Of a stretch of DNA of 64,000 bases, positions 50,827-61,209 are shown piece after piece. The translations under genes were made by a program, and so were the position numbers. Source of the DNA: Nitrosopumilus sp. (GTDB lineage: Archaea; Thermoproteota; Nitrososphaeria; Nitrososphaerales; Nitrosopumilaceae); assembly GCA_965205425.1 (NCBI GenBank), contig CBDBGZ010000009.1:1024001-1088000 (forward strand). The letters run 5' to 3'. How positions within the stretch are numbered: the first letter of the stretch is position 1; the number at the start of each line of letters is the position of its first letter. Below the pieces are notes generated by a model. That model did not search any database. It had not been told where the DNA came from and was given only the letters and a program-made list of their open reading frames with translations.

Positions 50827-51840
50827 CTAATTTCTTCTATCAACAACATCATTGACAGTTGGACCAGTTCCAATAATTGTTACAGGCGTGTTTAATTCTT
50901 TTTCAATATTTGCAATGAATGATTTTGCATCATTAGTTAGTTCATCGTAAGAAGTTTTACCTGCACAATCTTCAAAAAGTACATCTAATTTTGTAATTGA
51001 GATTTGTGTTGCACCATTAAGCATGATTGCACGCCTAGCTAAATCAAAATCAAAATCAGCAGCTCTTCTTTGACGACCAGTAACCGTACCAAATTCAGAC
51101 CAGCCTTTTTTTTCTGCATCTTCTAAAGATAATTCTTTATCAAGAGGTCCAGTTCCTACACGCGTAACATATGATTTGAAAACAACGATTACTTCATCTA
51201 CCTTGGTTGGCCCTAGACCAATATCTGCACATATTCCTGAGGCAGTAACATCCTTTGAGGTTACAAAGGGATATGTTCCATGCCATAATGAAAGAAACGT
51301 TCCTTGAGTACCTTCTACCAAGACGTTTTCATTTGCATCAAGTGCAGAATTTACCTCTAAAGGAACATCTACAATAAGTGAAGATAATGAATCAAAATCT
51401 TTTGCAAGTTTTAAAACTCTCATAGCACGGTCTGCATTTGCTGGACCAGTTCCTGAACCAGTACTACCAATTTTTTCTTTTAATTCACCCTTTGAATCTC
51501 TAGTTAGATGTGTTTCCTCAATTACTCCACAGTGTTTATCAATAAATGAACGTCCGGTTACATCAAAATCTTGAATTTCTTTGTTAAGAACATCAGGATT
51601 AATTACAACTCCAGGCCCAATCATTACTTTGGCATTTTTATTTAAGAATCCACTTGGTAGCATTCTTACTTTGTAGACTTTATCACCATCTTTAATTGTA
51701 TGACCTGCATTTGGACCTGCACCACCTCGTACAATGATTTTCGGATTATCTTTAATTGCCAAATATGAGATGATTTTTCCTTTACCCTCATCTCCAAAAA
51801 ATCCTCCAACAACTACAGTTGATGTCATATTGTCCAACAT
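50827..51840 (-). CDS. purA: Adenylosuccinate synthetase (short archaeal type)
   Basis: GDEGKGK, NAGHT, EGTQG, YPFVTS, GTVTGR. Confidence 0.96.
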   Translation of the reverse strand: MLDNMTSTVVVGGFFGDEGKGKIISYLAIKDNPKIIVRGGAGPNAGHTIKDGDKVYKVRMLPSGFLNKNAKVMIGPGVVINPDVLNKEIQDFDVTGRSFIDKHCGVIEETHLTRDSKGELKEKIGSTGSGTGPANADRAMRVLKLAKDFDSLSSLIVDVPLEVNSALDANENVLVEGTQGTFLSLWHGTYPFVTSKDVTASGICADIGLGPTKVDEVIVVFKSYVTRVGTGPLDKELSLEDAEKKGWSEFGTVTGRQRRAADFDFDLARRAIMLNGATQISITKLDVLFEDCAGKTSYDELTNDAKSFIANIEKELNTPVTIIGTGPTVNDVVDRRN

Positions 51841-51896
51841 CTATTTCGTTTATTTAAGCTAAAGTGTTTTGACATGATTTTATATTCAACACTGAT

Positions 51897-52370
51897 TTGT
51901 TTAGATCGATGGTTGGAGAAAATTTTGCTGGAAATATAATTATTAATTTAGCAAATTTGCCGGATTTTCTCAGAAATCCAATTTTAAAAAAAAGAATGAT
52001 TGAATTCTTTTCATTATCAGAGCCCGAACAAATGGAAGTTATCAATAATGCATTAGAAGCAGGACCCACAATACCTTTTCCAAATTTTTCAAAACTTTTC
52101 AAAACATGGCTTAAAATTTTAACAACATTATCTAAGGATCAACGGGAAGGATTATTTTCTGCATATATTACAGAAGTTGCACGCTCACCACAAAAACTAA
52201 TCACTTTCAATATTGATGGCATTCTAGAAATATTCTTGACATTGGATGAAAATGAAAAAGCGATTCTTGCAAATACAATTAAAAAAATCATCAACAATTT
52301 AGATGAAAGTTCTAAAAAACGAATAATGTTAGTGGTTCCAGAAAATGCTAAAAAGCATTTGAATTTTTAG
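51897..52370 (+). CDS. Hypothetical protein
   Basis: 157-aa helical ORF. Confidence 0.7.
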   Translation: MFRSMVGENFAGNIIINLANLPDFLRNPILKKRMIEFFSLSEPEQMEVINNALEAGPTIPFPNFSKLFKTWLKILTTLSKDQREGLFSAYITEVARSPQKLITFNIDGILEIFLTLDENEKAILANTIKKIINNLDESSKKRIMLVVPENAKKHLNF

Positions 52371-52648
52371 GTACCTGTAGGTTCATCAGGTTTTCTATTG
52401 TCTTCATTGGAATAATCAATTACTTCGCCTTCTGGAGATAATACGCCTACAAAGATTTTTTCATGTTTTTTCAATAATTTTCTATGATCAAGCATAGACA
52501 TGTCTAGTTTCATTTCATTCATTACCATGATTTGATATTCTTTCCATTCAGTCCAACATTTGTTGCAAGTAGGATATTTTGCTGCAACAATTCCAAGTTC
52601 TTCGTTATCAGGAATAGAATTTTTACATTTGGTACATGTACGGCTCAT
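52367..52648 (-). CDS. Fe(II)-trafficking (YggX-like) protein
   Basis: CNKCWTEWKEYQIMVMNEMKL; likely start ATG at 52648. Confidence 0.75.
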   Translation of the reverse strand: MSRTCTKCKNSIPDNEELGIVAAKYPTCNKCWTEWKEYQIMVMNEMKLDMSMLDHRKLLKKHEKIFVGVLSPEGEVIDYSNEDNRKPDEPTGT

Positions 52649-52719
52649 AGAAATCAAGAATAAAGAACTCCTTTTATCTTTTTTTGAATGTAAAACAATA
52701 ATAATTATCAGAGACCTAT

Positions 52720-52935
52720 GTGGACATGAAGATAAAATGCCCAAAATGTAAAGAAGATGCAGAGTTGGCAATGGATTATTCTGTTGTAAAATGTGGATCT
52801 TGTGATTTAGATATGAGTTATGGGGAATATGTAAAATTTGTAGCCCATAATGAATCAAAATATTCGGATATTTTGGGGGATTATGCAAGTAGTACAGAAG
52901 GTCATACTTCAGGTTCATTAGATGAATGGGATTAA
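52720..52935 (+). CDS. Zinc-ribbon protein
   Basis: CPKC...CGSC. Confidence 0.7.
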   Translation: MDMKIKCPKCKEDAELAMDYSVVKCGSCDLDMSYGEYVKFVAHNESKYSDILGDYASSTEGHTSGSLDEWD

Positions 52936-52995
52936 CAAAATAGTGTAATCATTCATCAGATTAAAATAATTAGTAAAGCATAATTCTAATCATCA

Positions 52996-53637
52996 TTGGA
53001 ATTTTTATTAGAAAATATTCTTAATTTGATAGGATTTTTGGTAGGACTTGCAATTGGAATAATGTCATATATTGGATTTAGAAATACTGGAAGTCCAACA
53101 TTATTTAGATTAACAATTGCATTTTTTTCAATTAGTGTAGGATTTTTTGTTATCTGGTCAGGATACATGGTAGAGGATCTTGTTACAAAATCAGGACATA
53201 TTGAAAGGTGGATTCAAACTTTAGGAATTGCAATTCAAACAGTAGGGTATTTTTTTATTGCATTTTCGCATAGCATTAAATCATTTTTTCCAAAATCAAG
53301 TTACTTTAGGTCAGTAGGAATATTCCCACTATTTCTTGTTTCTTCTGTTCAATTAGAACATATTTTCAGATCTGTTTCATTTATTCTGTTGGCATATGGT
53401 GCAATTGAAACAATGTTGTCCTATTTTGAAAATAGGAATAAAGGGGCAATTTCTGTATCTGTGGGGTTAGGATTATTAGCATTTGGGGAATTTTTAGGAT
53501 GGTATTCGTTTGTATTCCCTGAATCAATTCTATATCCAACATCAATGATAATTAAAATTGGAGGATTGATAGCTTTGTTTATTCCAGTCAGCAAGGTTCC
53601 CTTAACTAGGATAAAATTTGATGAAGACTTAGAATAA
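52996..53637 (+). CDS. Multi-pass membrane protein
   Basis: About 7 hydrophobic segments. Confidence 0.75.
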   Translation: MEFLLENILNLIGFLVGLAIGIMSYIGFRNTGSPTLFRLTIAFFSISVGFFVIWSGYMVEDLVTKSGHIERWIQTLGIAIQTVGYFFIAFSHSIKSFFPKSSYFRSVGIFPLFLVSSVQLEHIFRSVSFILLAYGAIETMLSYFENRNKGAISVSVGLGLLAFGEFLGWYSFVFPESILYPTSMIIKIGGLIALFIPVSKVPLTRIKFDEDLE

Positions 53638-53757
53638 TTTTCGTTCAGGCTCAAAATATTAAGATTTTAAAAATTTGTCAAATTCTTTTATCTTTTTAGT
53701 ATATTGGAAAATATCAGTGTGCTCTCATAGAAATTAAAGTGATTATTCATTGAAGAA

Positions 53758-54045
53758 ATGGCTGAATATCGAACACATATGAAGATTATAGGAGATATCT
53801 TAGCAACAACTAGAGATGATTTACAAGATGAAGATGGAGCATCAGTTACTTATCTAATTAGAAAAGCAAATATTTCACATTCTAGAATTTCAGCAATTTT
53901 GAAAACATTGGTATCACAAGGTCTTTTAGAAAAAGTAGACAATCAAGGTTCAAATAAATATAAAATTAGTGAACCAGGAAGAGAATTTTTACAAGCATAT
54001 TATACATTTACAAACTTTGCAGATAATTTTGGGTTAAGCATCTAG
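53758..54045 (+). CDS. Winged-helix transcription regulator
   Basis: YRTHMKIIGDIL...ANISHSR...YKISEPGREFL. Confidence 0.85.
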   Translation: MAEYRTHMKIIGDILATTRDDLQDEDGASVTYLIRKANISHSRISAILKTLVSQGLLEKVDNQGSNKYKISEPGREFLQAYYTFTNFADNFGLSI

Positions 54046-54125
54046 TCACTTTCTTCGTCAAATTTATCTAAATCATCATCAAAATCATCTTCAAAATCTG
54101 TATCTTCATAATCAGCAGATGACAT
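54042..54125 (-). CDS. Putative 27-aa highly acidic micropeptide
   Basis: MSSADYEDTDFEDDFDDDLDKFDEESD; not in the ORF track. Confidence 0.4.
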   Translation of the reverse strand: MSSADYEDTDFEDDFDDDLDKFDEESD

Positions 54126-54169
54126 ACATAATAATTTGAAAACAGACTGTAAAAACTTATCAAAAGTAA

Positions 54170-54799
54170 ATGGTAATTAAAGAAAAAAATGGTGAGGATG
54201 TATTGAAAGTTAAGTGTGATATGGCAGGAATTGAAAAAGCTGTGCAAATATTCAATGAAGGTGGAATTATAATATTTCCAACAGATACAGTTTATGGAAT
54301 AGGATGTAATCCATATAATAAATCAGCAGTAGAAAAAATATTTAAAATAAAATCTAGAAGTATTACAAAATCACTTCCAGTATTAGCAGATTCAATACAA
54401 ACAGCGGAAAAAATTGTTAAATTTGATAGATTAACCAAAAGAATTGCTGAAAAATTTTGGCCAGGTCCATTAACATTAATTTTAAAAGTAATTGATGAAG
54501 AAATAAAAAAATCATTAAGCCTAGATGAAAAAATTGCAATTAGAGTTCCTAATCACAAATGCACTTTGGAATTATTGAAAAAATGTAATTTTCTAGTAGG
54601 AAGTAGTGCAAATATTTCTGGAAATTTACCACATACCAACCCAGAAGATTGTTTGAAGAATTTACAAGGTTTTGATATTTTTGTTGATGGGGGAATAATT
54701 ACTAGTGAAGGAGAATCAACTATAATTGAAATAGAAAATGAAGAGATCAAAATTATTCGAGAAGGTTCTTTAACTAAAGAGGAAATTTCACAATTATGA
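54170..54799 (+). CDS. tsaC: L-threonylcarbamoyladenylate synthase (YrdC/Sua5)
   Basis: FPTDTVYG, KIKSR, FWPGPLT, SSANISG. Confidence 0.93.
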   Translation: MVIKEKNGEDVLKVKCDMAGIEKAVQIFNEGGIIIFPTDTVYGIGCNPYNKSAVEKIFKIKSRSITKSLPVLADSIQTAEKIVKFDRLTKRIAEKFWPGPLTLILKVIDEEIKKSLSLDEKIAIRVPNHKCTLELLKKCNFLVGSSANISGNLPHTNPEDCLKNLQGFDIFVDGGIITSEGESTIIEIENEEIKIIREGSLTKEEISQL

Positions 54800-55317
54800 A
54801 TTTGATAATTACTTGCCCTAGGCATCTCGAACCAGAAAGTGAAGAAGAGTTAAAGGGGATTTTGGAAGAGTTTGGAGATTCGGATCTCAAAGTTTCAATA
54901 ACTAACATGTCAGGAATTTTAACAGCAGATACAAATCTAGATCCTGTTGAAGTTGTAAGGAAAATTAAAGAAATGTTGTTAGATGAACCATGGAGTGTTA
55001 GATATTGTAAAAGAATAATACCGATACAGAAAGAAATTGAATCAAAAATTGAGGAGATAGAAAAAAGCGTTTCAGAACTGTCTAATCAGATTTTAGATGA
55101 GGAAACATACAGAATATCCATTGAAAAAAGAAATTCAGATTTATCCAGTAAGGAAATAATCACGAAAATAGCAGATAAAATAAAAAATAAAGTGTCCCTT
55201 GAATTTTCTGATAAAATTATCTTAATAGAAATTTTAGGAAATAAAACAGGAATTTCTATATTAAAAAAATCAGATATTCTTAGTACTGAAAAGACAAAAC
55301 GAAGTATGTCAGAGTAA
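54796..55317 (+). CDS. THUMP-domain RNA-binding protein
   Basis: TYRISIEKR...KVSLE...ILIEIL. Confidence 0.82.
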   Translation: MNLIITCPRHLEPESEEELKGILEEFGDSDLKVSITNMSGILTADTNLDPVEVVRKIKEMLLDEPWSVRYCKRIIPIQKEIESKIEEIEKSVSELSNQILDEETYRISIEKRNSDLSSKEIITKIADKIKNKVSLEFSDKIILIEILGNKTGISILKKSDILSTEKTKRSMSE

Positions 55318-56088
55318 AACTGCTGCTTTCTCGACCAAAATATCAGCTAATTGATTTTTTGAGGAAATTGAATCAATGTGTTTTTCGGTTATTTTGAAAT
55401 GTTTTTTTAGATACAATTCATTATTTTTTGAAAAAAGATTTACAGAAATTGGCTTTAATTCATCATAGAAGGAACTTAGAGTTTTTTTATTTCCCATTGT
55501 AATTAAAATAAAATTTGTTTTCGGTTTAATTCCAGCATTTTTAATGGCAAAAGAGATTTGTGTAGATAATGCAAATCTCATTAAAATATCGGTTTCAAGT
55601 TTATTTGAAAGCAAAATATTGTTTGTTTGAGAATTTATGGATAATGAAATAATTTTTTGTAAATGATAAGAATTTAAAATTAGATCACTAGAAACAGCCT
55701 GAAGTATAATTTTTGGGTATTTTTTACGAAGATCATCAATGAACTTTGGATTAATAGTTTTTTGACCCTTAATCTCCATAATCTGTATTTGTTTTTTAGA
55801 AAATTCAAAGGTAAGTTTTTTTGATGCACCTCCATGAATTACAGGAATTATACTAACAACATCATCATCTTTTATTATTGTAGATTTCCCATCTATTGCA
55901 AAAGAGTCAGCGCCATTAATTGCAATCAAAACATTTTCAGTATCAAGTTTGGGAGTATCTGCTGGTTTTAATTCTAATAATAAATTAATTAATTCTTGAA
56001 TAGTAATATCAGATTTATCAATTTTCAAGTGTTCTATAGGAAAAGATTTTTTTGCACCACCTACAAACTTTACAGAAAACATATCCAT
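55309..56088 (-). CDS. cgi121: MoaD/ThiS ubiquitin-like domain fused to KEOPS subunit Cgi121
   Basis: VSIIPVIHGG followed by LETDILMRFALSTQISFAIKNAG. Confidence 0.8.
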   Translation of the reverse strand: MDMFSVKFVGGAKKSFPIEHLKIDKSDITIQELINLLLELKPADTPKLDTENVLIAINGADSFAIDGKSTIIKDDDVVSIIPVIHGGASKKLTFEFSKKQIQIMEIKGQKTINPKFIDDLRKKYPKIILQAVSSDLILNSYHLQKIISLSINSQTNNILLSNKLETDILMRFALSTQISFAIKNAGIKPKTNFILITMGNKKTLSSFYDELKPISVNLFSKNNELYLKKHFKITEKHIDSISSKNQLADILVEKAAVLL

Positions 56089-56121
56089 CTAATTTAAAAT
56101 CTAGAAATAATATTTAATTTA

Positions 56122-56469
56122 TTATTCAGTTTTTTCTTCTGTAGCCTCAGAAGATTCTTCGTCAGTAGTTGCATCAACAACAGTTTCAGTTGCTTCTTCA
56201 GTAATAGTATCTTCAGTAAGTTCAATTTCAGATTGTTCTTCAACTTGTTGTTCAGATTTTGAAGCTTCAATACGTGCCTGTTTAGCTTTTTCTTCACGGA
56301 TCTCTTTTTTGATAAATTTAGTGATATATCCTGCAATTTCATTTTTCAAACCTTTTGAACGAACTATGGAAATTTGATCTAAGGCTTTTTTATTATCAGC
56401 AAAATCTTCACCAAATTTGGATTTGTGTCCATCTAGAACTTCATATGAAAGTCGTTTTATTCTATCCAC
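56122..56469 (-). CDS. rps17e: 30S ribosomal protein S17e with acidic tail
   Basis: DFADNKKAL...SKGLKNEIAGYIT; likely GTG start at 56469. Confidence 0.9.
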   Translation of the reverse strand: MDRIKRLSYEVLDGHKSKFGEDFADNKKALDQISIVRSKGLKNEIAGYITKFIKKEIREEKAKQARIEASKSEQQVEEQSEIELTEDTITEEATETVVDATTDEESSEATEEKTE

Positions 56470-56500
56470 TGAACGTGTAATGGAGGGGGGTATTTTATAC

Positions 56501-57319
56501 CTATATTCCAAGAAATGAATTTGAGTTCTTTTCTAATTGAAATGACATTTCGTCAAATGATTTACCTAGAATTTTTGATGCACAAAAAATCACGCTTGGG
56601 ATAAAGCTGATTTGTCCAGATTTCATTTCAAAACACCTAGAAAACCTTACGGGACCATCAGTTTCAACAAGGATTTGAGATTCATCTGTTTTTGATAGTA
56701 ATGTTTGTTTATCATTTGCATAAATCAAGACTGGTCCATACGATACAAAGAATCCCATATCCATTGCCTTTTGAAGTTGTTTTTTACTTCCATCAAACCA
56801 ATGTAACAATGCATGTTTTGTATTGTATGAAGTCATTATCTCAAAGACATCATCTAGACTTTTTCTAGAATGAATTGAAACAGGTTTGTTAAATTTTTCT
56901 CCATAGGATAATAATTTCTCAAATACTTGATTTTGTTTTTTTGCATCATCAGGATTATTAACATAAGTTGGATCTAATCCAATTTCTCCAATTCCTGAAA
57001 TAATATTATGATTATCTTCAATTAATTTAGATATTATTTCAATTTCCTCACTTGCACATTCCGGATGAATTCCAATAAAAGGCAAAATAAGTTCACTTTT
57101 TTTTGCAAGTTCCAATGTTTGTAATGAATTATTATAATCCATTGAAACACAACATGCTTTGATTTTCAAATATTCCATTTGCATTAATAGAAATTCCATA
57201 TCAGAAACATAAGCAGGAGCAGACAAATGTATGTGAGAATCAAAATACCAAGTCATTTCTTTATCAATTCTTAAAATAGTCTGTATAAATCGATTCCTTA
57301 GTGATATTTTTTCACTCAT
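56501..57319 (-). CDS. tatD: TatD family DNase
   Basis: DSHIH, GIHP, GEIGLD, HSR, ETDGP. Confidence 0.9.
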   Translation of the reverse strand: MSEKISLRNRFIQTILRIDKEMTWYFDSHIHLSAPAYVSDMEFLLMQMEYLKIKACCVSMDYNNSLQTLELAKKSELILPFIGIHPECASEEIEIISKLIEDNHNIISGIGEIGLDPTYVNNPDDAKKQNQVFEKLLSYGEKFNKPVSIHSRKSLDDVFEIMTSYNTKHALLHWFDGSKKQLQKAMDMGFFVSYGPVLIYANDKQTLLSKTDESQILVETDGPVRFSRCFEMKSGQISFIPSVIFCASKILGKSFDEMSFQLEKNSNSFLGI

Positions 57320-57352
57320 TATCTTTTTTCGGAAAAAACTAAAACAAAATTC

Positions 57353-57574
57353 ATGAAATCATCTGAATTGGGATTATCTGCAATGTATAGAATTTTGAAG
57401 AAGGCGGGAGCAGAAAGAGTAAGTGATGAATCAGCAGATGAATTACGAAGAATAATTGAAGGGATTGCAGACAATATTGCCAAAAGTGCTGTAGATATGG
57501 CTTCTCATGCTAGTAGAAAAACAGTAAAAGGTGAAGATGTAAAGTTGGCTTCAAAACCATTTAACAAATTCTAA
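57353..57574 (+). CDS. Archaeal histone
   Basis: RILKKAGAERVS...HASRKTVKGEDVKLA. Confidence 0.92.
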   Translation: MKSSELGLSAMYRILKKAGAERVSDESADELRRIIEGIADNIAKSAVDMASHASRKTVKGEDVKLASKPFNKF

Positions 57575-57613
57575 TCTAAAGAGTTTAATTATTCATTTTG
57601 TATTTTTTAAAAC

Positions 57614-57685
57614 GGTACTCTGGCAGAACGGTTATGCGTGAGCCTGCAAAGCTTATACAAGGGGGTTCGACTCCCTCGGGTACCT
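57614..57685 (+). tRNA. tRNA-Cys(GCA)
   Basis: Acceptor GGTACTC/GGGTACC; anticodon arm TGAGC-CTGCAAA-GCTTA; GGTTCGACTCC. Confidence 0.95.
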
Positions 57686-58095
57686 TATTCTACTATAACT
57701 TGTCCTTTCATCCAAGGATGAAGAGTACAAAAATAATCGTAGGTACCTATTTCATCAAAATCTAAACTGTATGATTCAAACGGATCTAAATGTCCACTAT
57801 CAAATAAATCAGTAGGAGCACCATAAAATCCAGATGTAACACTATGAAATGCAGAATCTTCGTTTACCCATGTAACTTGTTTTCCGGAATCAATTACAAT
57901 TATAGATGGAATGTAGCATCTATCATTTTCTTCACATCCTGGACGAGAAACTTTTGTAGGCATTATGACATCACCTGTAACAATTATTTCAGGTTCAACA
58001 GAATTTTTTTCGTCAGAAGAATTAGAGAAAATTAAACCTACTGCAATTAGCGGGATTACTATAATTGCTGCAATAATAATTATTTTTTTTAACAA
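57685..58095 (-). CDS. Blue copper (cupredoxin) protein
   Basis: HSVTSG...YFCTLHPWM. Confidence 0.9.
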   Translation of the reverse strand: MLKKIIIIAAIIVIPLIAVGLIFSNSSDEKNSVEPEIIVTGDVIMPTKVSRPGCEENDRCYIPSIIVIDSGKQVTWVNEDSAFHSVTSGFYGAPTDLFDSGHLDPFESYSLDFDEIGTYDYFCTLHPWMKGQVIVE

Positions 58096-58170
58096 TTTAC
58101 ATCATATCCATTTGAGAGTTATTACATAATTACCAAATTCTCTAAATATATAACATATTAGAAGACACAA

Positions 58171-59922
58171 TTGTCTCAAAATGGAAATGGATTGTTAGAA
58201 TACATACCAGGCTCACATACATTACTGGTTCAAAAAAATTCTAGCCCACCCCTAGAAGGATTTACAGAAAATATTCAAGAAAGTATTCATGAATATGCAG
58301 AAAATTCAAAAAGTGAAGTAGAGAAAGGGAATAATTTCCTTCAATGGATTTTAACACGAGTTTTTGAGGCTACAGAAGATGATGCCGCAGATGCAATTGT
58401 TGATGGAGCTAACGATCTTGGTATTGATGCCTATCTTCCAGTAGATTTTTCCGATAATACAATTAGGTTATTTCAATCAAAGTATGGTACATCCCATTCA
58501 CTTGAAGCTATTGCAAAATTCAAAGAAGATGTAAAACGATTACTTGCAAAAGATGTAGTAAAAATGAGACCAGAACTTGCACAACTTGTCACAAAAATTA
58601 AAGAAAAAAATCTAAAGATAAAATGTTGTTATGTAACAGATCAAGAAGTAGATTATAAGGATGACATAGTAGAAATCATAGATCAAAAAGTAATAATTCA
58701 AAAATTATGGGATAGAATAAAAAAACCAGCAGCAGGAAAAAAATCATCAATTAAATTAGAAAGGATGCTTAGACATGAGAATACAATTCTAGGTATTTTG
58801 AAGTTACGTGAGCTTACTGATTTTGTGAGTAAGAACAGAGACTATGTTTTTGAATCAAACATAAGGCAATGGATGCAATTCAAGACTACAGTTAACAAAG
58901 GATTAAGAGAAACATTACAAAGTAATCCAAGTAAATTCTTCTTTTACAATAATGGAATAACCATTGTTGTGAGTGATTTTTCAGAATTAGGTGAAAATAT
59001 GATTGAACTTCATGCTCCACAAATTGTAAATGGAGCACAAACATCTAACTCCATTCTTGATCATTCAAAGAGAACAAAAAATATGGATGGTTCCATGACA
59101 GTGACAATTATCAAAGCAGATGACGAACAAGAACAGAATAATATTACAAAATATAGAAATTCTCAAAATTCCGTTAGAGGAAAAGATCTAGTTTCATTAA
59201 TGGATTTTCATAAATCAGTGAAATCACAATTAAAAAATTGTGGGTATTTCTACGAAATTCAAGCAGGTTCTTTCGATACAAAATCGAAATCAAAACAATG
59301 TGAGTATGATGGAGATACAATATACAATAATTATCTTCCAGATAATCATAAGAAAGTCATCGTAGCTAAAGATGCAATACAAGCATTAGTTGCAGGAATT
59401 GAGCAAAGACCAACAGAAGCATACAGTTCACCAGCACAATTTCTTCCAAGAGGAAGTAAGTATGATGATGTATTCAATGATAATTTAAAAGATGATTACA
59501 GAATTTTGCTATATCCATATCTTGTTAAAGAATTTGCAAAAAAATCATTGAAATATGGAAAACAGGGAGGACATAAAACAAAGAGATACGCAACATTATT
59601 TTTTGTGGCAGTGTATTTTAGAATATTACATAAGAAAATTCTTGAATCAAAGGGAGATTTTAAAGGGGATGTAAGAAAATTAGAACCTATTTTCCGTAGT
59701 TTTAAACTTAATTCTAGGATATTAAAAATAACAGATGTTGTAGTAACTAAATTTCTTGAAGATACGGTAGTAGATGATGAAATTGAATTAGCAAATACTA
59801 AACATAATTTCTTTTCTCAACATGTTTGGAATGACTCTATGCTTAGAGTAATTGATAAAAAAATTAGACAAGAAGAAGATGAGATTTTTGCACTGAAAAA
59901 ACTCACAAGTAATTTATTTTAA
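58171..59922 (+). CDS. AIPR family protein
   Basis: DGANDLGIDA, FESNIR, FFFYNNGITI, QIVNGAQT, NSQN. Confidence 0.88.
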   Translation: MSQNGNGLLEYIPGSHTLLVQKNSSPPLEGFTENIQESIHEYAENSKSEVEKGNNFLQWILTRVFEATEDDAADAIVDGANDLGIDAYLPVDFSDNTIRLFQSKYGTSHSLEAIAKFKEDVKRLLAKDVVKMRPELAQLVTKIKEKNLKIKCCYVTDQEVDYKDDIVEIIDQKVIIQKLWDRIKKPAAGKKSSIKLERMLRHENTILGILKLRELTDFVSKNRDYVFESNIRQWMQFKTTVNKGLRETLQSNPSKFFFYNNGITIVVSDFSELGENMIELHAPQIVNGAQTSNSILDHSKRTKNMDGSMTVTIIKADDEQEQNNITKYRNSQNSVRGKDLVSLMDFHKSVKSQLKNCGYFYEIQAGSFDTKSKSKQCEYDGDTIYNNYLPDNHKKVIVAKDAIQALVAGIEQRPTEAYSSPAQFLPRGSKYDDVFNDNLKDDYRILLYPYLVKEFAKKSLKYGKQGGHKTKRYATLFFVAVYFRILHKKILESKGDFKGDVRKLEPIFRSFKLNSRILKITDVVVTKFLEDTVVDDEIELANTKHNFFSQHVWNDSMLRVIDKKIRQEEDEIFALKKLTSNLF

Positions 59923-60049
59923 TTTTAAAGGTAGGAGTCCAACCAAGTAAAAATCTTGCAGGAGGTTTACATTGGTCAGACTTTCTACCTAAATTCAGTA
60001 ATAAACCAGTAATATTTAACATAATTTTTTTAAGCATGGTTTATTCACA

Positions 60050-60253
60050 ATGTTTTTTATATCGATTAAAAAGAGCAAAATCACTTTGGGTAAAAAAGAA
60101 AAATGCACCATTTGTAATGAAACTGTAGAATTCCGTTTTAAGGCAATGGATGAGTGGAAAATAGAGGGAACTTTATGTGGAAAATGCTATTCAAAAAAAG
60201 TCAATGAACATTATCCCGGAGATCATGTTAGAGTAAACAAACATTTAGATTAA
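60050..60253 (+). CDS. Small zinc-finger protein
   Basis: CTIC...LCGKCY; start may be TTG near 60086. Confidence 0.7.
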   Translation: MFFISIKKSKITLGKKEKCTICNETVEFRFKAMDEWKIEGTLCGKCYSKKVNEHYPGDHVRVNKHLD

Positions 60254-60840
60254 TTTTCTTTTGATTTTGATAATTTATTTGTGTTAATACAATTCCAAAC
60301 AAGTGGATCATCTTTCATATCTTTTTCTTCTAAAAATTTAATGTCAGTAAGAATTTTTTTCTTTTTTAACAGATTGACTTGGAAACTAGAAAATTTTTTA
60401 CAATCACATGAATTGAATAAGCAAATATCTCCATCACCTTCATCATGATCTTGTGCTTCATGATTACAATCACATACTGCATCTTTTTTTACATCGTCAA
60501 GGGATTTTTTTGCATATACGCCTAATCTTAGATATCCCTCACCATCATGACCTTTTTTGAATCGTTCATAGTTTTCAGACTTTGGTAATTCTTTAAAGAA
60601 TGATAGATTGGTGTCAGGTTTTTGAGTATCTGAACCCATGATGAACCAATAATTATCTTCAAGTTCTAGAAATCTGACTTTGATTGATGGATCTACCCAT
60701 GGATGAATTGTATCATGCCAAAGTGAAGCAGCGTCTTTTCTGTCAGTAAATAGCGGAACAACATTCATTCTAAGATCATAGTATCTATACGCAACACCTA
60801 CAAAGTCATCATACCATGGAACAGATGATTGTGAAGGCAT
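60250..60840 (-). CDS. Hypothetical protein with Cys/His cluster
   Basis: CDCNH...H...C...CDC. Confidence 0.7.
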   Translation of the reverse strand: MPSQSSVPWYDDFVGVAYRYYDLRMNVVPLFTDRKDAASLWHDTIHPWVDPSIKVRFLELEDNYWFIMGSDTQKPDTNLSFFKELPKSENYERFKKGHDGEGYLRLGVYAKKSLDDVKKDAVCDCNHEAQDHDEGDGDICLFNSCDCKKFSSFQVNLLKKKKILTDIKFLEEKDMKDDPLVWNCINTNKLSKSKEN

Positions 60841-60924
60841 TGGACAAAAATCAGTTCAGTGCTTATTTATCTGATCTGAATTAATGGTAATACCCTTATA
60901 TCATAGTTTTAGAATTAATGACGT

Positions 60925-61206
60925 ATGGCTTCCTATAGAACCAGTATGCAAATTGTAGCAGATTTACTAGACGCTACTCAACAATCTGGCCAAGAAGGCA
61001 TTAAAACAACATCACTACTTACAAAGGCAAACCTATCTCATTCAAGATTATCAAAATTCTTAGAGAATTTAACGGGTGCAGGTCTAATCAATAAGATAGA
61101 ATTTGATGGTAAGAATACTTTTGTAATCACTTCAAAAGGTAGACAATACTTGGACTCGTACATGAATTTCTCCAGTATTGCAGGATCATTTGGATTAGAA
61201 CTTTAA
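60925..61206 (+). CDS. Winged-helix transcription regulator
   Basis: Paralogue of 53758-54045 (YRT...ANLSHSR...ITSKG). Confidence 0.85.
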   Translation: MASYRTSMQIVADLLDATQQSGQEGIKTTSLLTKANLSHSRLSKFLENLTGAGLINKIEFDGKNTFVITSKGRQYLDSYMNFSSIAGSFGLEL

Positions 61207-61209
61207 AAT

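Noticed and set aside
58171..59922. AIPR as part of a defence island
   Set aside because: It stands alone among ordinary genes, with no methylase or mobility marks nearby
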